Virus record (IMG/VR): IMGVR_UViG_3300025030_000062 | Location: 30,900 to 94,899 of that record | From: a virus | DNA: 64,000 bases | Strand: one strand, 5' to 3' | In this document: piece by piece, positions 1-9,929 of the stretch | Numbering within the stretch: position 1 is the first letter of the stretch | Layout of the letters: every line of letters begins with the position of its first letter | Translations under genes and position numbers: made by a program | The notes under the pieces: generated by a model | What the model saw: only the letters and a program-made list of their open reading frames with translations | What the model was told of the DNA's origin: nothing | The model's database searches: none

Positions 1-22
1 TATTGAAACTTTCCAGTCTTCA

Positions 23-2890
23 ATGATCAAAAACGCTGCTGTTATTACCTCTATGGGCGGTGGTGTAGCTGATATTGGTAAAGCTTACCAGGAGAACAAA
101 AAGTACGCCGAAGCTGTTCAGAACGTGCTTGTTAAGATGGATGCTCACACTATAGCATCTTATAAACAACTTCAATTGATGAATGACGCCTTTGTTAATC
201 AAGGTGTGTTCATTGACATTAATAACAAGAAACAACTTCAGGGTTATCAGAACACTGCTAACGCCTTGGCTACTATTTCTGCTGGTATGTCAAACCCTGA
301 TATGCAGTTCAGCCAGGAAATACGCGGCCTGCTGAACGGTGAAGATAAGCCTACTAACATGCTGTTCAGGCAATTGAAGGCCATTGATCCGCTCTTGAAG
401 GATCACTTGGCTGATTGGAAGAAGATTGCTGCTGAAACCGGTAATGCGGGTTACGTGCTTGAGAAGCTTGGGCCGCTGCTTGTTGGTTATGCTGCTGCGT
501 CCGGTGATATTGATTCGCTTTGGACTACTGTTAAATCTACCATGAGCACTATCAGGGATGAAGTGCTGCGTGGTGGATTGAAAGAAGGGTTTGAAGAGAT
601 AGTTGTTCAGATGAAGGAGATTGCTAAGCAAGCAAATGATAACAAAGAAAAGATTCAAGCAATGCTTAAAGATGGCTTCGGTTGGGCTAAAGTAGCAGCA
701 GAGTACTTATGGAATGTGGGCAAAGCGGCTGCTTATCTCGCTGAGCCTGCAATTTGGTTAGGTATATCTGCTGGTATTATTAAAGTAGCTACGTCTATGA
801 CAACGCTTACTTCTGAAATTACTTTAGCTACTGCTGGTTTGAACATATTGGTTGCTGGTTTGATTGCGGCTGCTGCTTATACAGGTAAAGAATATTTTAA
901 AGCTGAAGAAATGGAGTCGCGGCTTAATAATATTAAATCAATGTCGGTTGATGGTACTAAAGGTTCGCTTGCTGCTGGTTTGCAGCGTGAACGAGTAGAT
1001 CGTCTTACTACAACTGATTTAGAAAAGATTCTTAAGTCTAATCCTTTAGCTTCTGATGCAGAAATTGCAGAGTGGGTCAAAGCTGGTGCGATTAAGAAGT
1101 CTTCGTTAGGGGATAAAGGTGACGCTGCTACTATTCTAGGCTCTGTTGGTTTATCTGTAGACCAAAGAGCTATAGAAGCAATGAAAGATGACGCTATTGC
1201 CGCTAAAGCGCCTAAGATTCCTAAAGCGCCGAAAGGCGGCGGTGACGTTACTGATCTTAAAAACAACGCTACATCTGCTGACAATGCATATCTTGCTTAC
1301 TCCAAAGCGTTTGATGAAAGAGTTGCGACGCAAACTGAGATTGCTAACAACAATCTTATTGAGATTAACCGTCAAAGTTACGAATGGGGCTTGATTGACC
1401 TTAAGACTTACTTGAATGAGAAAGCAAGACTTACCGAGTCTTCGCTTCAAGCTGACGTTGAGGCTAAAAGAAGTGAACTTAAAGATGCCGAAACTCATCA
1501 GAAAGAGGCATATTCTAAAGAAATAACTAACAAAAAAGGTGTTAGGAACTTTGACGCTGAAGCTTTAGCACAAACTAAAGCTGATACTAAAGTAGAGCAA
1601 GCTCAAAAGGCGCTTATTGAGGTTGAAGGAAAGCTTGCTGATACTAAGATTAAGAATGCTGATTCTGGAAAGCTTGCTACTATAACTTCTATTCGCGGTT
1701 ATCAGGAAGAACGAATCGCTTTCCTTGAAATGCAGAACGATTTCACAGGTGCTACTGCGATTCGTAAGAAGCTGATGGAAGAAGATGTTCGCAGACTCCA
1801 GATGGTGGCTGATACTTATAGTGAGAATGATGAAATAAGATTAGTTGCTATTGCTGCACTTGCGGCTGCTAAAGCTTTGGATGCTAATGATACCGATGTT
1901 GCTATTTATAAACAGACTGAAGGTTATAAACAGCTTCAGATTCAAATTCTTGAGATGACTGGACAGTATGAAAAAGCTGCTATTGCAAGGCGTGCTTTTG
2001 AACAGTCTAGCCCCACTTACAATAACTTAACACCTGAAGAACAAGCAGAGCGCGATAAGCTTTCCGCTTTTGATGTGTCGCAAGGTCAAGCGAAAGATAA
2101 GCAACGTATTTGGGATAACGCTTCTAAAATGCAATCGGCTTTTGGCGGTGCTAACTACGGCTCTCAGATTGCTGGTATTGATAGCGAATACGATGCAGAA
2201 AGTCAGAAGTTGCGTGATACGTATGCAACACAGCTTATTGACAAGAAAAAGTTCGACGAAGAAATGCTTCAACTTGATAAGCAATACGCGGCTCAGAAAG
2301 CAGCGTTAGGTCTGTCTATTGTTGAAAATTCTTTAAACATCGCAAAGCAAGGTTTTGCTGATAGTAAGGCAATGCAAGTTGTTATCTTAGCAATGGAAAC
2401 TTCAATTGCAATTGCAAGAATAATGATGAATTCTGCTGTTGCTAAGAGCGCAGCAATCGCATCTGCTCAGATGGCTGGTCCTTTAAGTCCTGCAATGGAA
2501 GCTGCTGCGATATCGCGTATTAGTGCTTACGAAGCAATGTCAATCGGCTTAGTTATGGCCGGTGGCGCGATCCAGGGAATGCAAATCGCAGGAGGCCGCG
2601 CCAACGGTGGATCGGTAATCGCGGGTCAAACTTACGTTGTCAACGAAAATCGTGCGTCTCAGGGTCCAGAATACTTTACTCCCGGTGTAAATGGTGTTAT
2701 AACACCGGCTAGCAAGCTTGGTGGCTCTACTTACGCGCCGGTTTATAACATTGATGCTCGTAACTCTACATTAAATGAGCAACAGATTACTTCAATAGTT
2801 AAAAGAGCGAACGAAACAACCAAAGCTGAAATACTTAATTCAATGAATCGTGGTGGAGAGTTTGCACTTGCTTCAGGGAGGGTACGTTGA
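23..2890 (+). CDS. Tail tape measure protein (5' end probably upstream of window)
   Basis: Long Ala/Gln/Lys-rich helical ORF; C-terminal GGRANGGSV...YVVNE...GPEYFTP motif typical of siphovirus tape measures; frame is open back to the window edge; followed by tail-tip genes. Confidence 0.9.
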   Translation: MIKNAAVITSMGGGVADIGKAYQENKKYAEAVQNVLVKMDAHTIASYKQLQLMNDAFVNQGVFIDINNKKQLQGYQNTANALATISAGMSNPDMQFSQEIRGLLNGEDKPTNMLFRQLKAIDPLLKDHLADWKKIAAETGNAGYVLEKLGPLLVGYAAASGDIDSLWTTVKSTMSTIRDEVLRGGLKEGFEEIVVQMKEIAKQANDNKEKIQAMLKDGFGWAKVAAEYLWNVGKAAAYLAEPAIWLGISAGIIKVATSMTTLTSEITLATAGLNILVAGLIAAAAYTGKEYFKAEEMESRLNNIKSMSVDGTKGSLAAGLQRERVDRLTTTDLEKILKSNPLASDAEIAEWVKAGAIKKSSLGDKGDAATILGSVGLSVDQRAIEAMKDDAIAAKAPKIPKAPKGGGDVTDLKNNATSADNAYLAYSKAFDERVATQTEIANNNLIEINRQSYEWGLIDLKTYLNEKARLTESSLQADVEAKRSELKDAETHQKEAYSKEITNKKGVRNFDAEALAQTKADTKVEQAQKALIEVEGKLADTKIKNADSGKLATITSIRGYQEERIAFLEMQNDFTGATAIRKKLMEEDVRRLQMVADTYSENDEIRLVAIAALAAAKALDANDTDVAIYKQTEGYKQLQIQILEMTGQYEKAAIARRAFEQSSPTYNNLTPEEQAERDKLSAFDVSQGQAKDKQRIWDNASKMQSAFGGANYGSQIAGIDSEYDAESQKLRDTYATQLIDKKKFDEEMLQLDKQYAAQKAALGLSIVENSLNIAKQGFADSKAMQVVILAMETSIAIARIMMNSAVAKSAAIASAQMAGPLSPAMEAAAISRISAYEAMSIGLVMAGGAIQGMQIAGGRANGGSVIAGQTYVVNENRASQGPEYFTPGVNGVITPASKLGGSTYAPVYNIDARNSTLNEQQITSIVKRANETTKAEILNSMNRGGEFALASGRVR

Positions 2891-3495
2891 CCATACTAAG
2901 TTTGCCCACATTTAGTAGAACAGCACCGTCCTTTCAGACATTTTCATTGATGCCTAATACGGCTAGTTTCACTTCTCCGCTCAACGGTGCAGTTCAGACT
3001 TCTGAACTTCCTGGTGCAAGGTGGGTGTCAACATTTGGTTGGAATGGTTTGACTGATTTAGATGTTCGTATTTTGAAAGCATGGCTCAACAAGCTCTCAG
3101 GGCGAGCAGGCCGCTTCTACCTCACCGACTATACGCACAAAACACCGTCAGGAACGGCCCAAGGTTCGCCTGTAGTCAACGGGGCGAGCCAGACAGGTCG
3201 TACCCTTGTCACGTCAGGATGGACGCCAAATCAGACCGCCTTGCTCCTTCCTGGCGATTATTTTAGTGTTGGCTCTCAGCTTTGCGTGATTACCGAAACT
3301 GCTTCGGCTGACGGTAGTGGTAATGCTACGCTGACTTTTGAACCTCCGCTTAGGTTAAGTCCTAGCAATGCGCTTACTGTCGTAACCGCTTCCCCTAAAT
3401 GTATAATGATGCTTGAAGATGATAAACAAGACAACTTTCCGTTTCAGGAAAAGAATAACTCTTCCGTCTCAATCAAATGCTTGGAGATGTTCTAA
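2887..3495 (+). CDS. Distal tail protein-like
   Basis: Directly after tape measure; FTSPLNG..QT...GARW, LxGRAGRF, GDYF, FEPPLR motifs recalled from siphovirus distal tail proteins. Confidence 0.7.
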   Translation: MTILSLPTFSRTAPSFQTFSLMPNTASFTSPLNGAVQTSELPGARWVSTFGWNGLTDLDVRILKAWLNKLSGRAGRFYLTDYTHKTPSGTAQGSPVVNGASQTGRTLVTSGWTPNQTALLLPGDYFSVGSQLCVITETASADGSGNATLTFEPPLRLSPSNALTVVTASPKCIMMLEDDKQDNFPFQEKNNSSVSIKCLEMF

Positions 3496-4578
3496 GTGCG
3501 AAGCTTAACTGCATCAGCGAAAAACGCATTTTCACAACTGAACTTTCCATCTTTGGCTCTAGTTGAACTAGACTTTGCTGATGGGTTTGTGAGAGTTTGT
3601 AATGCTGCTTATACTTTTAATTGGGATTCGAAGGGCAATTTAATTACAGATACTGAAGCTCTTTCTTCTCATACTTTATATACGGTAGGTTTGTCGTCTG
3701 AAATAACTGATTTAGGTTCTAGTATTTCAAACGGCGTTGCTCATGTTTATTTTTCTCGTACCGGTACAAGCGGCTCTGATCGAAGAATAAGAACATCAAA
3801 TGGAAGTTATTCTATATCAGTTGATAAGACTCAAGTTTCCACGCTCACATTTGATTTTAAACAAGTACAGGGTTTTGTTGATTTTTATGCACTAGGTTCT
3901 GCTGTTGACGATCAAGCTAATTCACACTCCCGAATTTTTACGATTGCTTCAAACGGAACAATAACCGCTTATTCAGGGTGCTTGATTTCGGATCAAATTG
4001 TTCTTGAAAATGGATTTACACGCATTTCTGTGAAGATTCCAGCTTCTTTTTGGACAGGTTCGGGTGCAACTTTTTATATTTTTGTAGGTGGTGGTTGGAC
4101 TACTGTTGAGACAAAAGAATATTACTACACTAATCCGACGTTTGTTCAAGACGGAACTCAGTGGCTCGGTATCGGTACGCTAGGTTCAATTGAAGCAATT
4201 ACTGAAGGAACTGCGTTACAAATGTACGGTTGTCAATTAACTCTTTCTGGTATTCCTCCTGAAGTTATCAGTGAGGCATTTACCCAAACTTATCAGGGCC
4301 GTTCTGCTACAATCTGGCTTGCACCTTTGACCGAAGATTATGTTATAATTGCCGATCCTGTTGTAGTGTTCAAAGGTAGAATGGATACAATGGATATTGC
4401 TTTAGGTGAGACTTGTACTGTAACCGTTAGTGTTGAAAGTCGCCTTGTTGATTGGGAGCGTCCTAGAATTAGACGTTTTAACGATGAAGATCAGCGTAGC
4501 GAATATCCGAATGATCGTGGATTTAGATATGTTGATCAGATGATACAGAAAGATTTGAAATGGAACCGGAGTAATTAA
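3496..4578 (+). CDS. Tail tip/hub protein (gpL/DUF2163-like) with an inserted ~175-aa domain
   Basis: N-terminal LVELDF..G..R and C-terminal WLGIGTLGSI...LTLSGI...FKGRMD...ESRLVDWERP...DRGF motifs; gene order. Confidence 0.7.
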   Translation: MRSLTASAKNAFSQLNFPSLALVELDFADGFVRVCNAAYTFNWDSKGNLITDTEALSSHTLYTVGLSSEITDLGSSISNGVAHVYFSRTGTSGSDRRIRTSNGSYSISVDKTQVSTLTFDFKQVQGFVDFYALGSAVDDQANSHSRIFTIASNGTITAYSGCLISDQIVLENGFTRISVKIPASFWTGSGATFYIFVGGGWTTVETKEYYYTNPTFVQDGTQWLGIGTLGSIEAITEGTALQMYGCQLTLSGIPPEVISEAFTQTYQGRSATIWLAPLTEDYVIIADPVVVFKGRMDTMDIALGETCTVTVSVESRLVDWERPRIRRFNDEDQRSEYPNDRGFRYVDQMIQKDLKWNRSN

Positions 4579-4983
4579 ATGAGACATCAAGATTGGCCTA
4601 AAAGGTTTAATGCTTTGGTTCAATCAGCTTCAAACAGGCCTTTTGTGTGGGGAAAACACGATTGCTGCTTGTTTGCAGCTGATGTTGTTTATGAATTAAC
4701 TGGTATTGATCATGCTCAGTTTTTGCGCGGTAGATATAAAACTCATCTAGGTGCAGCCAGAATTGTAAAGAAACTAGGTGGTGTTAAAGCTATTGCTGTA
4801 AATGCTCTAGGTGATGAAATTCAGCCGTTGTTAGCCCAAAGAGGTGACATTGTGCTTATAAAAACTAAAGAGTTTGGTGATACTTTGGCTGTGTGTGCCG
4901 GTGAATACTGCCTTGCACCTGGATATGATGGCTTAGCTAAGGTTTCTATTAAAGAAGCTGTTGATGCGTGGAGGGTTGTTTAA
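4579..4983 (+). CDS. NlpC/P60-like tail assembly protein
   Basis: PFVWGKHDCCLFAAD and AQRGDIV motifs; position between tail-tip genes. Confidence 0.75.
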   Translation: MRHQDWPKRFNALVQSASNRPFVWGKHDCCLFAADVVYELTGIDHAQFLRGRYKTHLGAARIVKKLGGVKAIAVNALGDEIQPLLAQRGDIVLIKTKEFGDTLAVCAGEYCLAPGYDGLAKVSIKEAVDAWRVV

Positions 4984-7900
4984 TGCCTCCTTTAGCGGCG
5001 GCTGTTGCTGCTTATCTATCAGTTTCTACAGCAATGGCATATATGGTAATAGTCAGTGCTGTTCTGACGCTAGCCTCTGTAGCTTACTCAGCTTATATGA
5101 TGGCTACAATGGAAGCGCCTGCTCAACCTGACGCTTCTAAACGCTTGCAAACTGTGCGTTCATCTGTACAGCCTCATAGGGTTATCTACGGCGAGTGCAT
5201 GACAAGCGGGGTGCTCGTCTATGCTCAGACTCATTCAATTGATCCTTCTACTGGCGAACTGGACAACGAAGGTGAGAACAAATACATATCACTAGTTGTT
5301 GCTTTTACTGGTCATGAAGTTGAAGAAATAAAAGAAGTTTGGTTTAACGATAAAATTTCTTCAGATTCTGTGTTCATTAAACATGTTAATGCTGTTCCGG
5401 CTGAAGGATATTTTGTAGGAGGTAGTGATTCTGATCCTATAGGAACTTTTGTCGAAACTAAAGCCGCTATTCCTGAACACGATGAAGTTTACGCTACTGT
5501 TTTCAAATACACTGGTACTGCAACTCAAGAAGCAAATGATTTTCTTATAAGTCTTCCGGCTAAACCTTCTAATATTGTTTCTAAAAACCCAACGTCAGGT
5601 TTAAATGATCTAGTTATTAATAATTTTGATGGTTCTCCTTTAGGTCCTTATAATCAGCAAGGAATGTGTTCTATAACTTTAACTGTTACTGATACAGACC
5701 CTTCAGGCGATACAGTTAGTTGGGTTCAAGATATCTATACTTCAGAAGGACTGGTAGCAAATAACGCTTCTGGTACGTTTGTAATGCCTGGACCTGATAC
5801 AGCAATTTCATTGGCTAATGGAATTGTTTTATGGTTCGGTTCTTATGACGGTAGCGGAAACGGCATTAGAAACAATACAGGTCACAGTATCGGTCAAATT
5901 TGGGAAATTCGAGCCTTTGACGGCGCTCCTTGGACTTCGGAATGCAGATTACAAGGAAGATCGTATGTTGTCGCTACTTTGGAGTACAGTGATAAAGCAT
6001 TTCCTACAGGCTTGCCTAATATCAAAGCTTTGATAAAAGGTAACAATCAAATTTATGATCCTCGTACTGATACAACAGGTTATAGTGACAATTGGGCTTT
6101 GTGCGTTCGTGATTATCTTACAAAACCTTATGGTTTAAATGCGCCTGTTTCTGATATTAATGAAACAACTGCTATTGCAGCGGCTAACATTTGTGATGAA
6201 TCTATTGAACTTGCTAATAGCGGTAGTCAGAATCGTTATACTATAAACGGTTCATTCACTTTAGATAAAACGCCTACCTCTATCATGAACGAGATTTTAG
6301 CTACTGCTTACGGGGCTATTACTTGGACGCAAGGACAGTACAGAATCCTTCCAGCAGCGTTTTACGCGCCTGATTTGACGTTTCATGGCATGAATGCCAG
6401 CGTACCAGGGCTGACTGAATCTGATCTAAGAGGGCAACTTAAGGTTCGTCCTGCGCCGTCATTGAAAGATAAATTTAATGCCGTTAAAGGAACTTACGTT
6501 TCGCCTGAAACTTGGCAAATGGTGGACTTTCCTAAAGTTGGCAATGAGTTTTATCAGGATCAAGACGGTTATGAAATAGTAAAAGATGTTCAACTTACTT
6601 ACGTTACCAATTCTGTTAGAGCGCAGCGTATTGCTAAAATAATGCTTGAGAAAAGCAGACAAGGAATAATGGTTGATTTCCCTGCTAAATGGTCTGCATT
6701 TCCTTTAGCGGTGGGCGACGTTGTTCCTATTACCATTGCAAAACTCGGTTGGGATCAAAAGCTTTTTACTATAAGAGACTGGAAAATGCATTCTGAAGGA
6801 GGCGTTGACCTTAGTTTACAGGAAGAAGCTGAAGAGTGCTATGATTGGAATTTTGGCGAGGAAACAACTACTGATTTAGCGCAAGATACCTTATTGCCCG
6901 ATCCTAGATACGTTTCATTAGTTACAGGATTGGTGGTAGGAGAAGAGTTATACGCTACCAATGTGGGCAGCATTGTTAAGTCTCGTGTAATTTTAACTTG
7001 GAACAACATGGGACTTAGACAATACGAAGCTAATTACAAACCTTCTAATAATACTATTTGGACTCCACTTCCTTTAACTTTGGATACAACTTGTGTTGTT
7101 GATGATACGATTCCCGGAACTTATAATTTTAGAGTTAGAGGAATGAACTTTTTAGGCGTATGGGGTGATTGGTCAACTATTAGTTATTTGGTGAAAGGCA
7201 AACTTGCTCCACCTCCTAATGTTGATAGCTTTTTGATCACACCTCAACAAGACGGTACTAGAACACTAAGTTGGCTGATGCATAACGCTCCTTTAGACTT
7301 GGCTGGTTGGAGAATTAAGTTTAGACGTGGCACTGATGCTGGTTTGTGGTCTACTATGACTGCTTTGCATAGCGGTTTGCTGATATCTTCTCCTTTTGAA
7401 AGTAATCAATTGTCGGCAGGTGATTATGTTTTCGGCATTGTTGCTGTTGATACAACTGGTAACGAATCACTAAATCCGCTCTATATTCAAACTACGCTTC
7501 CTGATCCCCGAATGACAAATGTGTGGACATCATCTTTGAATATGGATGGAGATTGGCCTGGAATAAAGATAAACTGTTATGTAAATAGTGAAGGTGCTTT
7601 AGAAGCAAACGATATTTCTTCTTGGAATACAATACCTGCAACCTGGGCTGAATGGACTAGATGGAATTGGAATTCTTTTACAAGCTTTGTTTATGAAACT
7701 TCGTCTATAGATTTAGGTCATTCTTTATATTTTACACCTCAAGTCACAGCCTTTGGAGTAGGAAATATAACAATAGAAATGATTACTTCTTTGGACAATT
7801 CTTCTTGGAATAGTTGGAGTGTTTTAGAAAAAACGCAAGCTCGCTATGTTAAGTTTAAAGCGTCTGTAATTAGCAATGACGCTGAGTTATTTATTAACTT

Positions 7901-8717
7901 ATTTGCAAATTCAAGAGAATTTAACAACGCAACTTGGGCCAAAGCGCGCAGCTCTATTACGACCAATGCCGCTACCGCTCCTGACGGTACTGTTACCGCT
8001 GAAAAGCTAATTGCTGATACACAAGTAGAGCTTGCACATCATGTAAATCAGAGTGTTTCAGTCACTGCTGGAACATCGTACATTTTGGATGTGTGTGCAA
8101 AAGCCGGAGAATATCAGTATTTAGCGTTGCAGTTTTTGAACACTAACGGAGCATACGCAGGCAGTTTGGCTTATTTTGATTTATTGGCAGGAACGTTCAC
8201 AAACTCTTCGTGTGATGCAGCGGGAATTGAGAATTTAGGTGACGGATGGTATCGCTGTTGGGCATCAGAAACAGCGATAGCAACCGTATCCGGTCTTCAC
8301 TTGATAATGGTATGTAAGGATTATGCTGATGTATCTTTTACTGGCGACGGTACATCCGGGATATTTATATGGAACGGTCAACTACAAGTAAAACCATCTT
8401 CTGTTAGTACAACCAATCTGATAAATCTGTCTGAACTATCTGCGTACTTGATAGTAAAGCCGGTAATTGAAGAAGTTAACGATTTACCAACATCAAGTTT
8501 GACTGGTTCGTATCGTATTGGAACCGGTGATGTTAGAATTCCTCTAACTGGTGATTATGATATCTTGAATCAGGTAAGTGTTACACTGCAAAATGTTGGG
8601 CCTGGGTGGAGTTGGCAGTTAATTGACAAAGATACGACATTAGGACCGCGGATTAAGATATTTGACGGACTTGCTGCTGCGGACTGTAATATCGATGCTT
8701 ATATTAAAGGGGTTTGA
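4983..8717 (+). CDS. Central tail fibre / host-specificity protein (gpJ-like) with FN3 and carbohydrate-binding-like inserts
   Basis: VIYGE, GHEVEEI, YDPRT..YSDNWALCVRDYL, RAQRIAKI motifs; FN3-like YNFRVRGMN..GxW; ATG at 4983 overlaps upstream stop. Confidence 0.85.
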   Translation: MPPLAAAVAAYLSVSTAMAYMVIVSAVLTLASVAYSAYMMATMEAPAQPDASKRLQTVRSSVQPHRVIYGECMTSGVLVYAQTHSIDPSTGELDNEGENKYISLVVAFTGHEVEEIKEVWFNDKISSDSVFIKHVNAVPAEGYFVGGSDSDPIGTFVETKAAIPEHDEVYATVFKYTGTATQEANDFLISLPAKPSNIVSKNPTSGLNDLVINNFDGSPLGPYNQQGMCSITLTVTDTDPSGDTVSWVQDIYTSEGLVANNASGTFVMPGPDTAISLANGIVLWFGSYDGSGNGIRNNTGHSIGQIWEIRAFDGAPWTSECRLQGRSYVVATLEYSDKAFPTGLPNIKALIKGNNQIYDPRTDTTGYSDNWALCVRDYLTKPYGLNAPVSDINETTAIAAANICDESIELANSGSQNRYTINGSFTLDKTPTSIMNEILATAYGAITWTQGQYRILPAAFYAPDLTFHGMNASVPGLTESDLRGQLKVRPAPSLKDKFNAVKGTYVSPETWQMVDFPKVGNEFYQDQDGYEIVKDVQLTYVTNSVRAQRIAKIMLEKSRQGIMVDFPAKWSAFPLAVGDVVPITIAKLGWDQKLFTIRDWKMHSEGGVDLSLQEEAEECYDWNFGEETTTDLAQDTLLPDPRYVSLVTGLVVGEELYATNVGSIVKSRVILTWNNMGLRQYEANYKPSNNTIWTPLPLTLDTTCVVDDTIPGTYNFRVRGMNFLGVWGDWSTISYLVKGKLAPPPNVDSFLITPQQDGTRTLSWLMHNAPLDLAGWRIKFRRGTDAGLWSTMTALHSGLLISSPFESNQLSAGDYVFGIVAVDTTGNESLNPLYIQTTLPDPRMTNVWTSSLNMDGDWPGIKINCYVNSEGALEANDISSWNTIPATWAEWTRWNWNSFTSFVYETSSIDLGHSLYFTPQVTAFGVGNITIEMITSLDNSSWNSWSVLEKTQARYVKFKASVISNDAELFINLFANSREFNNATWAKARSSITTNAATAPDGTVTAEKLIADTQVELAHHVNQSVSVTAGTSYILDVCAKAGEYQYLALQFLNTNGAYAGSLAYFDLLAGTFTNSSCDAAGIENLGDGWYRCWASETAIATVSGLHLIMVCKDYADVSFTGDGTSGIFIWNGQLQVKPSSVSTTNLINLSELSAYLIVKPVIEEVNDLPTSSLTGSYRIGTGDVRIPLTGDYDILNQVSVTLQNVGPGWSWQLIDKDTTLGPRIKIFDGLAAADCNIDAYIKGV

Positions 8718-9919
8718 TGATGGAAGAACTTAATATAGGAACAGTTGAAGGGGATGGAACAGGTGATACTTTTTACGATTTGATGCTGAAAACTAAGGAT
8801 AACTTTGTTGAAATAGCTAATGATTTAAACGGTATTGTGAATGTTCGTAATTTTGGTGCAGTATGTAATGGAGTGACCGATGATACTACTGCGGTGCAAG
8901 ATGCTTTAGATGCATCGTTGTACGTGTTAATTTCAGGATGGTGTAAGATTTCAGCTTCTCTCACATTGCGTGAAGGTCATCGTATTTTTGGGATTTGCCC
9001 GTTAACTTCAGGATTTATAAAAACTAATTTTAACGGCCCTGTGTTGTTAGGTGTTGATACAGATTGGGTTTATCTTGCTGATTTTGGGATAGACGGTCCT
9101 GGTCAGTGGACTGGAACCGGAAATAAAGGTATTGATATTCATGTTAACTCCCAAGAAATATTAACTAACCTAACTGTTAGAAATGTTCATCTTAGATATC
9201 TTAATGACATATCGCTGTACGTAGGCACTGGGGCTTTTTGTACTTATGACCAAGTTAAAGTTTTTCAGGGCGGTTATGCTGGGATTTATATAGATGGTGG
9301 CGATGGTCATACTTTCATTAGTCCAAGTGTGCGAGACATTATTTTGGGAGTTTATTTACATGGGCCTACGACTGTTAACGTAATCGGTGCTTATGTAGAA
9401 CAAGCAGGGTTAGGTTTTTGGTTGGATGGTGCTAATGCTGTTACGATAAGCGGAAGTGGTGTAGAGGCGAATATTAATAGGTCTACTGACTTCCCTGGTA
9501 GAAGTTATCGAATCTCCGGTGGGGAAGGCAACAGTATTATTTCAGGTATGTCAAGGCAGGACACTATTGGTGCAGCAGCTGCTGCAAATGCTCAACACTT
9601 ATTGATTGATGATAATGCTTCACGAACTACTATATTAAGTTTTCGCAAGGTTAATTCTGCTACATACATCCCTACTACAGAAGTCGATGTTTCGGGAGCT
9701 TTAGATACTGTTTTAATGGGGCCTCATAATTTTGATCCTTCAAAGGTCGTAGGCGGGGCAAAGTTTGGTGATTATGGCACTACAGCTTTTCCTCCATCAT
9801 CAACAACTCCTGTTTTAAATGGTCAGATGGTTTTTGAATTAACCTCTAACACTTCGTTGACGATAAAAGTAAAAGGTTCGGATAGCGTAGTAAGATCGAC
9901 AATTCTAACTTTGTCTTAA
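8717..9919 (+). CDS. Tailspike, pectate-lyase-like beta-helix
   Basis: N-terminal NIGT...DGTGD, then VNVRNFGAVCNGVTDDTTAVQDAL (pectate_lyase_3-type motif). Confidence 0.75.
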   Translation: MMEELNIGTVEGDGTGDTFYDLMLKTKDNFVEIANDLNGIVNVRNFGAVCNGVTDDTTAVQDALDASLYVLISGWCKISASLTLREGHRIFGICPLTSGFIKTNFNGPVLLGVDTDWVYLADFGIDGPGQWTGTGNKGIDIHVNSQEILTNLTVRNVHLRYLNDISLYVGTGAFCTYDQVKVFQGGYAGIYIDGGDGHTFISPSVRDIILGVYLHGPTTVNVIGAYVEQAGLGFWLDGANAVTISGSGVEANINRSTDFPGRSYRISGGEGNSIISGMSRQDTIGAAAAANAQHLLIDDNASRTTILSFRKVNSATYIPTTEVDVSGALDTVLMGPHNFDPSKVVGGAKFGDYGTTAFPPSSTTPVLNGQMVFELTSNTSLTIKVKGSDSVVRSTILTLS

Positions 9920-9929
9920 GGAGAATAAA

